Source of the DNA: the human T2T-CHM13v2.0 reference genome, Homo sapiens | Reading direction: 5' to 3' (one strand) | Assembly: GCF_009914755.1 (NCBI RefSeq) | Contig: NC_060929.1 | Length of the DNA stretch: 64,000 nt | Shown: positions 1 to 12,574 of the stretch, in pieces | Layout of the letters: every line of letters starts with the position of its first letter | How positions within the stretch are numbered: position 1 is the first letter of the stretch | Translations under genes and position numbers: made by a program | The notes under the pieces: generated by a model | Told to the model about the DNA's origin: nothing | Database searches by the model: none | Seen by the model: the letters and a program-made list of their open reading frames with translations, nothing else

Positions 1-589
1 GGGCAGGCCTTGAAGTGAGTGTCTGTGGTCTGACCCACTGACCTCTGTCTGTGGCTGTGAACTTGCCCTGGGACTGTGGAGCCAGCCAGCAACTTCCACC
101 CAGCACATGCTCTGCTAGGCCTTGTGCCAGGCACTAGGGCCTTTGGCCATGGGAAACACGGTACCTCCTGCAAAGGGGCTTACAGTCAACTGGACAAACA
201 CTGCAAGACCACCCATGGCAGCGGCACACAACCTCCACCCATTTCTTAACTTTGGCCAGAGGGGAGGCAATGAGGACGCGCTGCCAGAGGAGCCTGACCG
301 TGCAGGATGGATCATCACAAGAAGTCCTGTCAGAGCCTCCTTCCCTGTTAGTGACTCAAATGCCAGCACAGAAGCCGAGCCCATCAAATGTGCAGATGCT
401 AATGATTCTAGTGATGTGATGACTGTATCTGTACTCCCCAAAACCAAGAACTCTACATCATCAACACTTCCCTGGTTTCAGAATCTAAATCACACTCATA
501 GAAATAAAGGGTCAATATTGGGGAAGTCTCCTTCTCTATTAGGCCCAAACTGGAGTGTGGAGCTCAAATTCCACAATCCTAGGGTAGGG

Positions 590-631
590 CTAATACACAT
601 ATATATACAAACACATATATATACGTATATC

Positions 632-663
<32 letters not shown>

Positions 664-1005
664 GTGTGTGTATAGAAAGTATAATACAATAAATACAATA
701 AATATAAATATGTGAATATATTTATTTATACGCATTTTTGTTTTTAATTATATTTATTGTATTGTTATAATACAATACACAATACAATATAAATATATAA
801 ATGTTTATTTATATATTTATATATTATTCTATATTTATATATTAAGTATATATAAATATAATACATATATTGTAAATATATATTTAATTTCTCTGCACCT
901 CCATTTTTTATACGCATGCATACATTTGCACACATGTATGTATCTATAGACCTATATATATATATATACACACATATCTCTGTGTGTGTTTATATATAAA
1001 ATCAG
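590..1005. repeat. (TA)n / AT-rich low-complexity tract
   Basis: Degenerate TA, CA and TAAA runs, e.g. tatatatatatatatatata around 644-663. Confidence 0.9.
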
Positions 1006-1443
1006 AGAAATAAAGTTTTATTGAAAATACAGTAGCTAAAATGTTATAAGTGTTTGCCCCTGTGGAGCAGCACTGGACAGAATGACACAGGGATGTGTCG
1101 GTGTGGATTCTCGGTTCTCACCTTCAGACTTGAAGAGTCATTTATTTTTTAAAAAAATACACTGGCCTTATTTTGAATTATTCGAATTTAAATTATTTTT
1201 AATAAAGTACTATAAAAATGTGGGAAAAGTCATTTGGGAAAAAAAGCTCTCTTTGAACAAAAATTTTCAACACCCTCTTTAATAGTACATTAAGTCTGTG
1301 TAGTTGTTCTTGGGGACAAGACTGTCACTGAATTTCTCTGTGAGAGTCTAGAGATCACAGTGCCCTGTGTTCATGGTTACTATCTCTGAGCGTGAGTGGA
1401 ACACAAAGCTCCTGCACCACCTCAGAGCTCCAATGCTTTTTAC

Positions 1444-1623
1444 CTTCCTCCGTGCTTTAATGCGCTTGTAGACATAGTCGGAGAACGGGCTGCAGGGTAT
1501 GAAGCGGCCAGCCCCCTGGGTCACGTGCAGGTTGCCATCTTCCAGCATGATCTTGCCCTGGCAGATGACAACCAGAGGAGCCCCGCGCAGCTCCATCCCT
1601 TCAAAGATGTTGTACTCTGCCGC
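1444..1623 (-). CDS. DPYSL3: DPYSL3 exon 12 (180 nt; [14 protein letters not shown]...KRIKARRK)
   Basis: Acceptor cctctag|GCG, donor AAG|gtaaaa; phase 0/0. Confidence 0.96.
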
Positions 1624-2119
1624 CTAGAGGCAGGGGTGAGAAGCAAAGCCACAGTAAGGGTAGAGAAAGAGGAACGTACCTTCTCTCCTTGAGACCTTCA
1701 GTGTCATTTGCTGCTGATTCACCAGGTAAGCCAGGAAAAGCTCACCATGCATCTGCAAGCATCCAGTGGGTAGAAGGCACCGGAGACAGATTTACTAAGA
1801 CAAGACTAAACTTCCTAGCAAAAAGAAGTGTCCGGTCTTTAATAAGGTCCTCAAGTGGAAGTCAACTTTTGTCTTGGGTAGTGTTCAAAGAGAAGCTGGA
1901 TAACTATCCAGGATGCTGTACATCACTGTCTTGTATTGAGCAGGTGGGCAGAGAGGTTATGTGGCCTTTAGGTCCCTCTAGCTCCAAATTAAATAACATG
2001 AGATGACACAATATTTAAGCAAAGGCCATTGCCACCAAAAATGGGATTTCTCCCTACCTCCTTCATTTACTCAATCAGCAAGAGGCATTACTGTACTGCC
2101 AATAATTAAGAACATCAGT

Positions 2120-2320
2120 TTAGAGTCAGCTTGTCTGGGTTTCAATGCTAGCTTCACCATTCGCTTGCTGCACAAATTATTTAATTTTTCTGTACCTCCA
2201 ATTTTTAATCTATAAAACGGAGGATAATAGTCCCTACCTGTAGAAGACTACTATGGAAATCCAGTGAATTCAAAGCACAGTGCCTGAAACATAAGTGCTT
2301 AAAAATATTAACTATTTTTA
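2120..2320 (+). mobile_element. MIR SINE remnant
   Basis: MIR core-like tctgtacctcca...ctataaaacggaggataatagt and 3' cacagtgcctgaaacataagtgctt; ends approximate. Confidence 0.7.
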
Positions 2321-2859
2321 ACAACAGTGTCGAGCCCGTTTCTGTTAGGTACTGCACTTTAATTATCATCCTCCATGTGAAACTCATCGTGAAGAAGTCA
2401 TCACTGCTGTTTACCAGTTATTTCCTATTCTTTCCCTTTCCAGGCACAAAGGATCATTGCACGCCCTGACTTCCGGAAGTTAGGTATAGCCACAGGACTG
2501 GCTAAGACCAGTGCCATGTGAGAGGCAGTGACGTACACCACATCTAGGGGAAGCTTTCAGAGCCAGTAGACCATTCACCAGGTCATGTTCCCCTGTCTCA
2601 GCAATCATGAAAACATATGTAGAGAGGAAGCCTCTATTGGCCTCTGTCCCTGAGTGACTGGAATGGGCAGAGCCCATCTGCTTTGGAAAGCAGGAGAAAC
2701 ACAGTTGAGGTTTTGAGCCACTGAGATTTAGGGGATGGATTATTATTGCAACCCGTCCTAGTCTAACTACCCTGGCACACCACATAAACACATTTCTCCT
2801 GACCAAGTTCCTTGCATGCATTCTCCATTCTACTCCACTCCCACCAGAGCGGGCCTTAC

Positions 2860-3030
2860 AGACTGGTGGTTCTTGGCAGAGACGATCTTCACAGCATCTG
2901 GATCCCAGATGACGAGGTCGCTGTCAGAACCCACAGATATTCTTCCCTTGCGGGGATACAGGTTGAAGATCTTGGCAGCGTTTGTGCTTGTCACAGCCAC
3001 GAACTGGTTTTCGTCCATTTTCCCTGTGGC
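2860..3030 (-). CDS. DPYSL3: DPYSL3 exon 11 (171 nt; [13 protein letters not shown]...SAKNHQS)
   Basis: Acceptor tttcaatag|GCC, donor TCT|gtaagg; phase 0/0. Confidence 0.96.
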
Positions 3031-4469
3031 CTATTGAAATATAAGAAATTATATCTATATCTATAGCTACATATATATCAATTCAGGGCTTCTGAACTCA
3101 GAGAAAGACAACCCACAAAGGCATAGAAATACAAAAAGGAGCCACCTGAAAAGCTGGTGAGCTACAGAACCTCACTCAGCAAGCTCGAATTAGCTGGGCT
3201 GTCGTGACTACTCAGGTAAAATGGTCAAACACATGGTTTAAGATAGAAGTTACTGCCCCTGAAGTATGCATTTTTTTCTATATGTTCTTACATTTACTTA
3301 CTCATTTTCTTCTTCTAATTTCAAAAAGGATTATGGAGAGTTCACAGTAAAAACAAATGTGATTATAATCCCATCCTTTAGATATGTATTTGTGTTTGCA
3401 TATGTTGTATGCATAGAATAAATACAAAAGAACCTTACCCAAATGATAACAATGGGTTCCCTGGGTTGTGGAATTGAGATATTTTTGTTTTCTTTCAAGT
3501 GTGTGCTTGTCTGTAGTTTCCAAATATTCTTTACTGAGCATGTGTCATGTTGGTAATTTAAAAATATATATTATCTTGGAACTATTCCAAATAGTGCCAG
3601 GATAAATACATACGTACTGCTCTGCAGTATATGAAAAAGGAAACACTATGTGAGAGAACAGACAACAATATTTATATTTTCCCTCTTTTCAAACCAAAAA
3701 GCCTCTTTACGGAAAGAATTGAGTTTAAAACCTAGCTCTGAGCTTCCTGGGAGCAAAGAAGAAAAAGAAAACTCAGTGAAATTACACTGTGTAGATTAAT
3801 GAGGCTTTAGTATACATAACTTTGATAAGAATGTTTTTAGGATTTTTGAAATGAAACATAGAGCAGTAATCAACTTAATAATGAGATAATTATTGATTTT
3901 ACTAAAATCTTTGAAAGAGTCTTAATTTGAATGGCTATTTCTTTCGTCAGTCCTTGTGATGTGAACAAGGAAAATAAAACAGGCCACTTGCCAGAAGACA
4001 TTTAGAGACAATCACTTGTATCGCCTGAATGACCACATGCCCTCAGTACAGGGCGTCCTTGATAAGCAAGATGACTTTGGTCTAGACACAGACTCATTGC
4101 TTATCATTTCAAAGGATTATATCCAGTTCTTTCAAAAGAAGTCATAAAACTATCCAAACAAAAAGAATTAACTCACTATTATTTTAAGTACAGGCTATTC
4201 ATACACTCAGATGAAGGAGTTGCATGTCTGGTTCCTAGTCCTAACAGTCTAGATAAGGAAGCCTCCTTCAGAATGCTAGGCCTTAGGATTCATCACACTA
4301 GAAGGAAATTTTCCACACTGCCAGAGCCACATGGTTCCAGAGACATCTCAGCAAGTACGAGATCCCATCTGCACTCGCAGTGTCACCAGCCCAACTGGTG
4401 GCAGGAGGTTCTGATCTGGCCCATGGATGTTTTGGCTCTGGCCACCCTCCCATGACCTCCATGCCTTAC

Positions 4470-4611
4470 CACAGCCTTGTCCCAGATGACAGACATCCGC
4501 TCCTCCACACCATTGGTGCCCTCAGGAATGGCTGTGAAGTTGTCCTTCCCAATTGCTTTCTGGGCAGTGCTGAAGGTGCAGTGGGCACTCCCAGATAGCT
4601 GCAGATCCCCG
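4470..4611 (-). CDS. DPYSL3: DPYSL3 exon 10 (142 nt; [13 protein letters not shown]...WDKAV)
   Basis: Acceptor ctttgccag|C, donor GTG|gtaagg; phase 2/0. Confidence 0.96.
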
Positions 4612-4689
4612 CTGGCAAAGGAGAAAAGCTCCACATGAACAGGGGAGATGGCTGGAGGCACACTGGGAGCTTAGAGTCTTGTGTTTACT

Positions 4690-5115
4690 GTGAGGGTTTG
4701 CACTCTGACTATTTGGGTTTGGAATGCCTCCTCTACCTCTTACTAGATATATGAGCTTGGATGAGTTTCTTCCCCTCCCTGGGCTCAGTTACCCCATCTA
4801 GAAAGTGAGGGGGTGGGATTAGCTCATCTCTTTTGTAGCAAAATAAAATGTACTCAAATGAGCAATGTCATGATCCTATATGTCTGCAGAGGGCAGCAAC
4901 AAAGGAGTCTCCCTATAATTTTGATTGTCATCATGACCAACTATTTGAACTTAGGCAAATGATTTAGCTTCTCTGACCTTCAGTTGCTTAATATGTAAAT
5001 GCTGATAAGAGTGCCTCACTCATAAAGTTGTTAGGAGAAATAAATGAGATTGTGAGTGTAGTCTTACCATAGAGCTTGGTACATAATAGGTTTTAACTAC
5101 TATTACCATTATTAA
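4690..5115 (+). mobile_element. Two MIR-family remnants
   Basis: gggctcagttaccccatctagaaagtg (~4780) and ttaggcaaatgatttagcttctctgaccttcagtt...taaatgagat (~4950-5050); approximate. Confidence 0.65.
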
Positions 5116-5317
5116 TATTATGACTGTATTAATGTTTAAAACAGGATGGGGAAGAGCCTGCTTTCTACGCTCAAGACTGTAAAAGAATTCCCAATACACT
5201 GTTCACACTGCAGACTCTGGTCAAGTTTATAGATGGGACTGCTCCTGTCCTCAACCCCCAGCTGGACTCAAGAGATGTTTTCACAAAACGCCTGCTGCTG
5301 GGCATTCCTGCACCAAC

Positions 5318-5474
5318 CTGGCCAGCAAGGAGTTGATGTAGTCCGGAGTAGTTGGGTCAGGGCTCAGGGGTGGGGATGTCACAAATGCAGCCGCCTTGGC
5401 CCAGTTCTTGCTCCAATAATGGGTTCCATCTATGCCGAGGCTGGCAGTGATGGGCTCACCAAAGACTACATTTC
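5318..5474 (-). CDS. DPYSL3: DPYSL3 exon 9 (157 nt; [24 protein letters not shown]...NSLLA)
   Basis: Acceptor cccttctag|GA, donor CAG|gttggt; phase 1/2. Absent from the ORF track in this frame; translated by hand. Confidence 0.95.
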
Positions 5475-5658
5475 CTAGAAGGGGCAGGAAACAGACAAGG
5501 GGTTAGCATAAAGTATATGCTGCACTGGGCCAAGCCTATTTAATTTAGCTCCTAAGCCTACCCAGGACTGTGTCTCAGAGTCAGACTGACCTGGGTTCAA
5601 GTCCATGTTCCCACCTTTTTAAAGCCCCTGCTTTCCTATCTGCTAAATGTGACCAAGT

Positions 5659-5882
5659 TTGTATTCTCTAGATTAAAAGAAGCCATTGGTTGTTAGATGC
5701 AGTGTTAATTCTCAAATTTTGAGGCAAATTAAAATTTGAGGCAAAAGAAAATAAAATATACATATTGATTTCAAGATTCATCCTCATTTCAGAAATACTA
5801 AAATGCTCCAGTTCTTGCTCTAGTAATGGGTTCCATGTATACCAAGGCTGAAATAGATATATTCTGAAATTGATGAAACAAG
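5659..5882. mobile_element. Old TcMar-Tc2 non-autonomous DNA transposon (MER104/Kanga-like), interrupted by an exon-9-like insert
   Basis: gtattctctagattaaaagaagccattggttgttagatgc ... gattcatcctcatttcagaaatactaaaatg [insert] tgaaatagatatattctgaaattgatgaaaca resembles the MER104 consensus from memory. Confidence 0.6.
5808..5850 (-). pseudogene. 43-bp degenerate copy of part of DPYSL3 exon 9
   Basis: 38/43 ungapped identity to 5401-5443; reads SLGIHGTHY*SKNW versus [14 protein letters not shown]. Confidence 0.9.
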
Positions 5883-6063
5883 ATGATGTCTACTTCTTAG
5901 GCTTGTGAAAATGAAAAGATATGGCATACGTGAAGCATCTGGCACCTAGAGGATGTTTGGTAAATATCGCTTTCTTTACCTGTTATGCCTTCCCACAGTA
6001 GGGGCCCAAAGTCCCAAATGTGCACCCACCACTGGGAATTGCTAGATGCTCCCATTATAATGA

Positions 6064-6424
<361 letters not shown>

Positions 6425-7189
6425 TATGACTTTTTTTTTTATCATGTTTGTTACTCCTAACATGATGACTTGGTAAAAGTCACCCAATAACCTAGGACAC
6501 ATCAAATATGAGACTAGCTTCTTGGATTCTGCCTCAAAAATTAGAGGCCTAACTACCCAAACCATGGAGAGGGGATAAAGGCTATTGGAATATACACTGA
6601 TCTAAGCTGTTTAGCTTCTTTAAGAAGAAGGAATAGTGATATAGAAAGCAAATGCTAGCTCATAGCTAGGTGGTTGGTACCAAGTTTCTCTATGCCAAAA
6701 TCTGGGGCCAAAGCTACCCTATACAGCCCTGCACTTCTTTAACTTTGGTCCTCCAACTTCCACAGTTAAATTCTCCACAAGTTTGCACTCTATGGCCAGG
6801 ATCACAAATAGATTTTGCCTTGTTTCAACTCCATTCAACTGGTAATAGTTGCCTAGAATTCCATGAAGGGAAAAATTCTAATAATGCGCGGGGTCTCAGT
6901 AGAAAAGACTCATGATTAATTAGTAATGTCTGCCATAGGCAAAAGAAGGAAGCGATGGCAATGATTCACATTGGACAGCCCTGCTTTTGGGGGTGAGAGT
7001 AAAAAAAAATCCAAGTGATGAGAATTCAAGGGCTCTCCAAAAATACTTACACACTAAAGGATACAGGACCATAAAGATATGAAGAAATGAAAGTCACAGC
7101 AAGCACTCAACTACTATTGAAAGAAATAGAATCTTAAAAGTGGAAGAAATCTCCCTCTGGACTATGTTTAGCATGGAAGAGTAAAAGAA

Positions 7190-7400
7190 GCTAAGATAGT
7201 AATTACACCTAGATTTGAATACCAGCTCTCCCAGCTGGGAGATCCTGGACAAGTTGTGCTGCAATTTCATCTGAAAAAAGGCATTTCTGAGAAATGCCTA
7301 TTTCTCAGAGTTCTTTGAGAATTCTACACAATAAAAAAATTAAAGTATTTATGTCAGTGCAGGGCACATAGCTGTTCCTCATTAAATTGTAGCTTTCTAA
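7190..7400 (+). mobile_element. MIR remnant
   Basis: cctagatttgaataccagctct...ggacaagtt...cagtgcagggcacatagctgttcctcattaaatt; approximate. Confidence 0.55.
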
Positions 7401-8569
7401 TATTAATTCTGAGCAGCCATATAGTTAAAGAGCCCTGATGATTGGTGACTAAACACACTGAGACTTCAACCATATCCTGCTCAGGAGGGAAGTGCAAACC
7501 CTGCTACACTTTGTCTTGCAAAGAATGCTCTTGGGTGTTTCCCTGAGAATGACGGTCCATGAGTTGTTTACTGACTTCAATCTCAGCAGCCAGTTTTTCA
7601 TCCCTGAAATAATACCCCCATTCCACCCCGGAGACACAGCTGTACTAGTTCTGCTCGCCAGAGAATTATGTGCCAAAAGGCTCAGGGTTAGGAATTTTTG
7701 TCCATGAAGTTTAAAATAAGACCAGCATATAACTAAAACACCCTGTCCCGAGCGGCCCTAGGTCACCCTAAGAATGGGTCCCGGGCAGAATGCAGCCTCA
7801 GCAGAGGGCATGAGGGCGGTGGGTGGTCACAGTTGGCAGGGGTGTGTGTGTGCGGCACTGGGTGAGGGCACAAGGAGTTCCTACACACTTCTTCTTTTTC
7901 TTTTCTTTGCTTTTCTCCAAGAATGAGTGAGGAGCACTGGGCTGCTTTCCTGGTTCTCGCCCAATGACTCATACCCAGTGGAGCAACCACTCCATGTCAG
8001 TTGAAACTTCTAAAAGCTAAGGAGAAAACAGCAGGCCTACGAAGAACAGAGGAAGGAAGGAGGTGCCCCAGAATCTGTCAGCTAGGAAGAGTGTCTAGAC
8101 AATGTGAAAGCCTCCCCTCTTGTAAGAAAAATAGGGTCACCCTGTGCCAGAAGGCCAGGCATCTGAACACTCAGCCATCAGCGTCAGCTGAGACTATTTT
8201 TAGCTACTGCAATCACTCACACGTGGAGTTTCACAGGCCAGTTTGGTAGATGAATCACCCATGTTGGGCCTCTCTACTACCAGAATGGCCACTGGCACGC
8301 AGCAGTAGCAACCACATCACTGGGCCTGGTAAATCCTCTCACAACCCAACACAGAGCCACACATCTGCAGCTTCTCACCTGCACTCGTCCCTTACCCAGC
8401 CTCACAACTGAGCCCACGAGTCTGACACTGAGGATGAGAACCAGAAACAGAAAAGAAAGCTCTGAAAACTTTAGCTAAGCACAAGGCAAGCAAAGGAAGC
8501 CCAAGTTAACACCAGTGGAGAAAAGAAGCAGAAGTCAACAGGGAGCAGGGACACAGCCAGGGTCATGAA

Positions 8570-9068
8570 GGCCATGGTGGCCAATATGCTTTGGAGACCC
8601 ACTCAACCCCTTCTCTAAAATAACTTGTGTTAGTCTCAGTGGCTCAGGAGGTGTGACCTGCATCTGCACTGTGGCCTCAATCCTGGCCAGATTATATCAT
8701 CCCCGGGGTGTTTACTGGTCCAGGGATGAGCACATGACCCAAGCCAGACCAGTCACAGTGCTCCTAGGGACTTTTGCTTGACCTGCTGGAAAAGGTGTAT
8801 TTTACTTTCCCATCATGCTCTCTGCCAAAAATTGAGGACAACAGGGGCCTCTCAGCATCTATTCTGTAACTGTTCATACTGAACATAAACCAAACAGAGG
8901 AAAGAGAGCCAAGAAAGGAGTAAGCGTGACAAACACCTAATACCATTGTTGAGGCCCCTCAATCTAGCCATACCTGAAACACCTACAATCGGTTATTCAC
9001 TTGTGTTTGTTTAAGCCAGTTTGAGCAGGATCTTTGAATTTTGCACCCAATTTAATCCTGACTGATAT
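8570..9068 (+). mobile_element. Old ERVL/MaLR-type solo LTR (LTR16/LTR33/MLT1-like)
   Basis: gggatgagcacatgacccaagccagacca and terminal tgtttaagccagtttgag...tcctgactgata typical of these LTRs; subfamily uncertain. Confidence 0.55.
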
Positions 9069-9387
9069 GTCCGTTTATAAAACTCAGACAAGGTGAACTG
9101 AAAATCAAAGATCAAGGGGAGAAGTAAGATGCACAAAGTCTCAGAAGAACTGGTTCAAGCTGTGTCATCTTGGACAACTCATCTAACCTTCCTGAGCCTC
9201 AGTTTACTTAAATGCCAAGTGGGAGAAATCCCAGGATCCTCCCATCCACACAGGATGTGGAGAGCGGCTTCCTAGGGAGCAAGGCAATGAGCAAAGTAGG
9301 CACCATTTATATTACACAGGACAACCAGAGAGGGAAGGAGCCACACAGTGCCATCAGGGGCTCCGAGATCTTGGAAACACAAATCAC

Positions 9388-9508
9388 CTTTTTTCCTGGC
9401 TTGTGAGATGAGGTCAGCTGCACTCTTGCTCATGACCTTTGTGACGTAGAGAGGGCAATTGGTTTGGCTGGCAATGGTGATGGCACGGAACACAGCCTCA
9501 GCTTCCAG
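9388..9508 (-). CDS. DPYSL3: DPYSL3 exon 8 (121 nt; [15 protein letters not shown]...QARKK)
   Basis: Acceptor ttttcttgcag|CTG, donor AAG|gtgatt; phase 0/1. Confidence 0.96.
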
Positions 9509-10169
9509 CTGCAAGAAAAAGTCTCCAGGAGTCAATAGAAACATGAACCTCTCAAACTGGTGGCTCCCACCTCCACGAACTGTGAGGATGCAGTGCTGCA
9601 CAAAGGTTATGGATAATTTTGGCAGGATCTGGAATTAGATAGCCTATATCCACATCTCAGATCTACCACTTCCTAACTGTGTCACTTTACTCAGCTTCCC
9701 AGTGCCTCTATCCCTCACTAGTAAAATAGTATAGCACAGCATTGTCATCTGAGAGCAATGTCTGGCAGAGGGTAAGTACTTTTTCCTTAGCCTCTGTGGT
9801 TATCACAAAGGTGACATCTGAATGAAAGCCTTTGCTCCTCAATCTTCTCAGGACAGAATCTCTGGGCAAACACAATAGCAAACCATTATGTCTAAAATAA
9901 CCAGCCAAGGCAGTTAGGCATCATGGTTCCTCAAATCCTTTCCTGCAGCAGTAAGTGGTCAGCAAAGGGTTAATTTTAGGAGGCATTTCTTACGAAAATA
10001 ATTCCCAGGTTTCTCAACACAAAGACTTGTTTTATTATTGATCTCTCCCATCTTACCCTAATGTAGAATTCATGTTTTCAAATATGCTAACCAACCCAGT
10101 GGCATTTATTAAGAAATTAGAAGTTTTCCCTTATTTTATTAACAAAGCAGGGTCTGAGAGCTGAGGCTC

Positions 10170-10410
10170 TCTCAGATGGCCTGGTTCTGAGTCCTGGTTC
10201 TGACACTTATAAGCTAGGTGACCTCGGGTACATTGCACAACCTCCCAAAGCCTCAGTTTCCTTGTCTGTAAATTGAGGATAATAGGATCTGACATGTTGG
10301 GCTGTGGTGAGGATTAAATGAGTTCATCCTTATAAAGCAGTTAGCTCATTCCTAATGGGGAAACAAGGTAAGTGCCCCTTGAGGGTTGGCTACTGATATT
10401 ATTGTTGATA
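10170..10410 (+). mobile_element. MIR remnant
   Basis: gtgacctcgggtacattgcacaacctcccaaagcctcagtttccttgtctgtaaattgaggataata...gtgaggattaaatgag MIR core. Confidence 0.8.
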
Positions 10411-12505
10411 ATATTTTCTAACCAGTTGAGGGTCTGTGTTACTCTCAAGTGGTCTACTCTCAACTTGTGTAAGTTAGTCCAATTCAGCACAGAGCAGAGA
10501 CTTTGACATTCTTCCATTCAATTGGCAACACTTCATTTTTTTATGGATATGACATTCTGGTTAGCCTGTGGAGCCCAACACTTAAAAAAAATACCAAAAA
10601 TAGCTTGCAGATGCCCAATGGCTGTATAATGCAAACCAGTCACTGTCCATTGTGGGTGTAGCTCAGCAGACAGACCTAAGAACTTGGCTGGCTGAGCTGG
10701 CCTCCCCCAAGCTGCACTTTATTGCATGTGGATGGGACCTTGGAGGCCCCTGGTCATATGTGAATATGGACACCTTCCTGAAGCACCCAGAATTTTGTAC
10801 TCTGGAGCGGCTGTCTCTATGCCTGGGGTCCCAGCTCTCTGAACAGCATCACTTGAGGTGGTGTCTGGGTATGCTTGAATTGAACAGGGGCTGGCTCCTC
10901 CTATGATCACTCCTCCCACTTCACACCCATGCTGACCACTTCAGCTCCCCCAGGACCTCTGTCCTGGTCCCTTTGATCTCATTCCTCCCAAGCACTACAG
11001 GTTTTTCAGCACTTTGACAACATGACTATCTTTGGAAGGTTACATCACCCTCCAACTTCACCCAAATGGCCTTCCACGGCTATAGAGGTTTGCGGCTGAG
11101 AGGCTTTTTTACTAAAAAGGAGACAGGAATAAGGAGGAGGGTGGGGTGGTAAGGCTAAGGGGAGGTTGAAAAAACAAACCAAGGAACAAAAATAGACTTT
11201 GCTCTGAAATCCCCTGGCTGCTGCTGGAAATCCGTCTTGCCAGCACATCTCCACAGTGACCAGCATTTAAGAAAAACTTCAAAAACAATGCTGATTACCC
11301 TGGTCTCTTCACGATGAGTAAACCATTTTCCAGTCCTTCAAGTGTGATCAGCCAGGGGCTTAACCTCTCTGAGCTTCAGCTTCTTTACCTGCGCAACAAT
11401 GCCAACCACACAGAGCAGCGGCAGCGAGAACTGAGATAACGTATGCAATCAGCACATACCAGATGAATGCATTCCATAGAAGTGACCTAGTATTATTAAG
11501 GAGACAGACTTCAGGGATGCTGTATGTGACTGGAACCCTAATCACAAAATTATAAATTATTTAAATGGCAATAAAAATATCACTAGATACAAAGGAGTTT
11601 CTGAGGTGCTGATAATCTGTTTCCTTCTATGGGTGCTAGTTATACTAGTATAACTAGTGTAACACTAGCTAAGTGTATCTGGTTTGTGAAAATTCATTGC
11701 CTCCTTAGGATAGAAACATTTTTTTCTATATGTGTTCTATTTATATTTTAAATAAGACTCTAAAAGAGACAGGATATGGGAATCATTTCTGGTTATGATT
11801 CCTTCTTCTCCCTGTTGTAGGGTTTGGAATGACAGGACAGAAACAGGACTCGCTTCACTGATATGGAGGGCCTTGACTTTGCTCTAGGTGCTAGACCCAG
11901 GCTGCCCTTCCAAAGCCAATGTGCTTTCAGGTACATGGGCAGCCAATTCCCAGCTCTGTGCTCCGTGCCAGTAGGTGAAGCTGCTGACATCTCGGAGACA
12001 TGGAACCAGCCTCTAGTCACCTTTGATTTGTTGTTTGGCTGCTAAGTACAGACATAAATAAGCATTCATTTTATATATGAGAAACTTCCATACCTGGACA
12101 TAATCATCACCTTATACAAATTGATGAGTATAATGTATATAAAAAACCCATTCAACATCTTATCTATATGCCAATATTTTGCAGGACTCGAAATAAGGGA
12201 ATAAGTGGAAATGTCTATGAGATTCACACTGAGATTTCCTTAAGAAAGGGATTAGAAATTTAACACTCCTGAATAGCTGTGAAGGACACTCCAACTTGTG
12301 TTATCTGTAGGGAGATTAGGGGTCAGAAATAAGCATGTCTCTTACATTCCTTTCTAATTTTCTCACGGGCTCCTGAGTTAGAGTCAATCAGAAGTGGTCT
12401 TTGGAAGAAATGTTCCAATACTGCAACCTGGTACTCACATTCTCGTCGCCTTTTAACAATGTTTATTCATGCGTTGTGTGTGCACCTTCATCCCCTGTAA
12501 CTTAC

Positions 12506-12574
12506 CTCTTCTGGCCTGCTCAGTACATGGCCTTCTGGGCCAGTTATCCCCATTTCCAACATGCGGGTTTGCTC
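12506..12574 (-). CDS. DPYSL3: DPYSL3 exon 7 (69 nt; [23 protein letters not shown])
   Basis: Acceptor ttttcatttcag|GAG, donor GAG|gtaagt; phase 0/0. Confidence 0.96.

Noticed and set aside
122-971. 180-aa and YI-rich ORFs at the left edge
   Set aside because: They run into (TA)n low complexity, lack homology I recognise and lie in intron 12.
4606-5324. Same GCCAG at the end of exon 9 and the end of intron 9 as a sign of intron gain or sliding
   Set aside because: A 5-nt match containing the obligatory AG is expected by chance.
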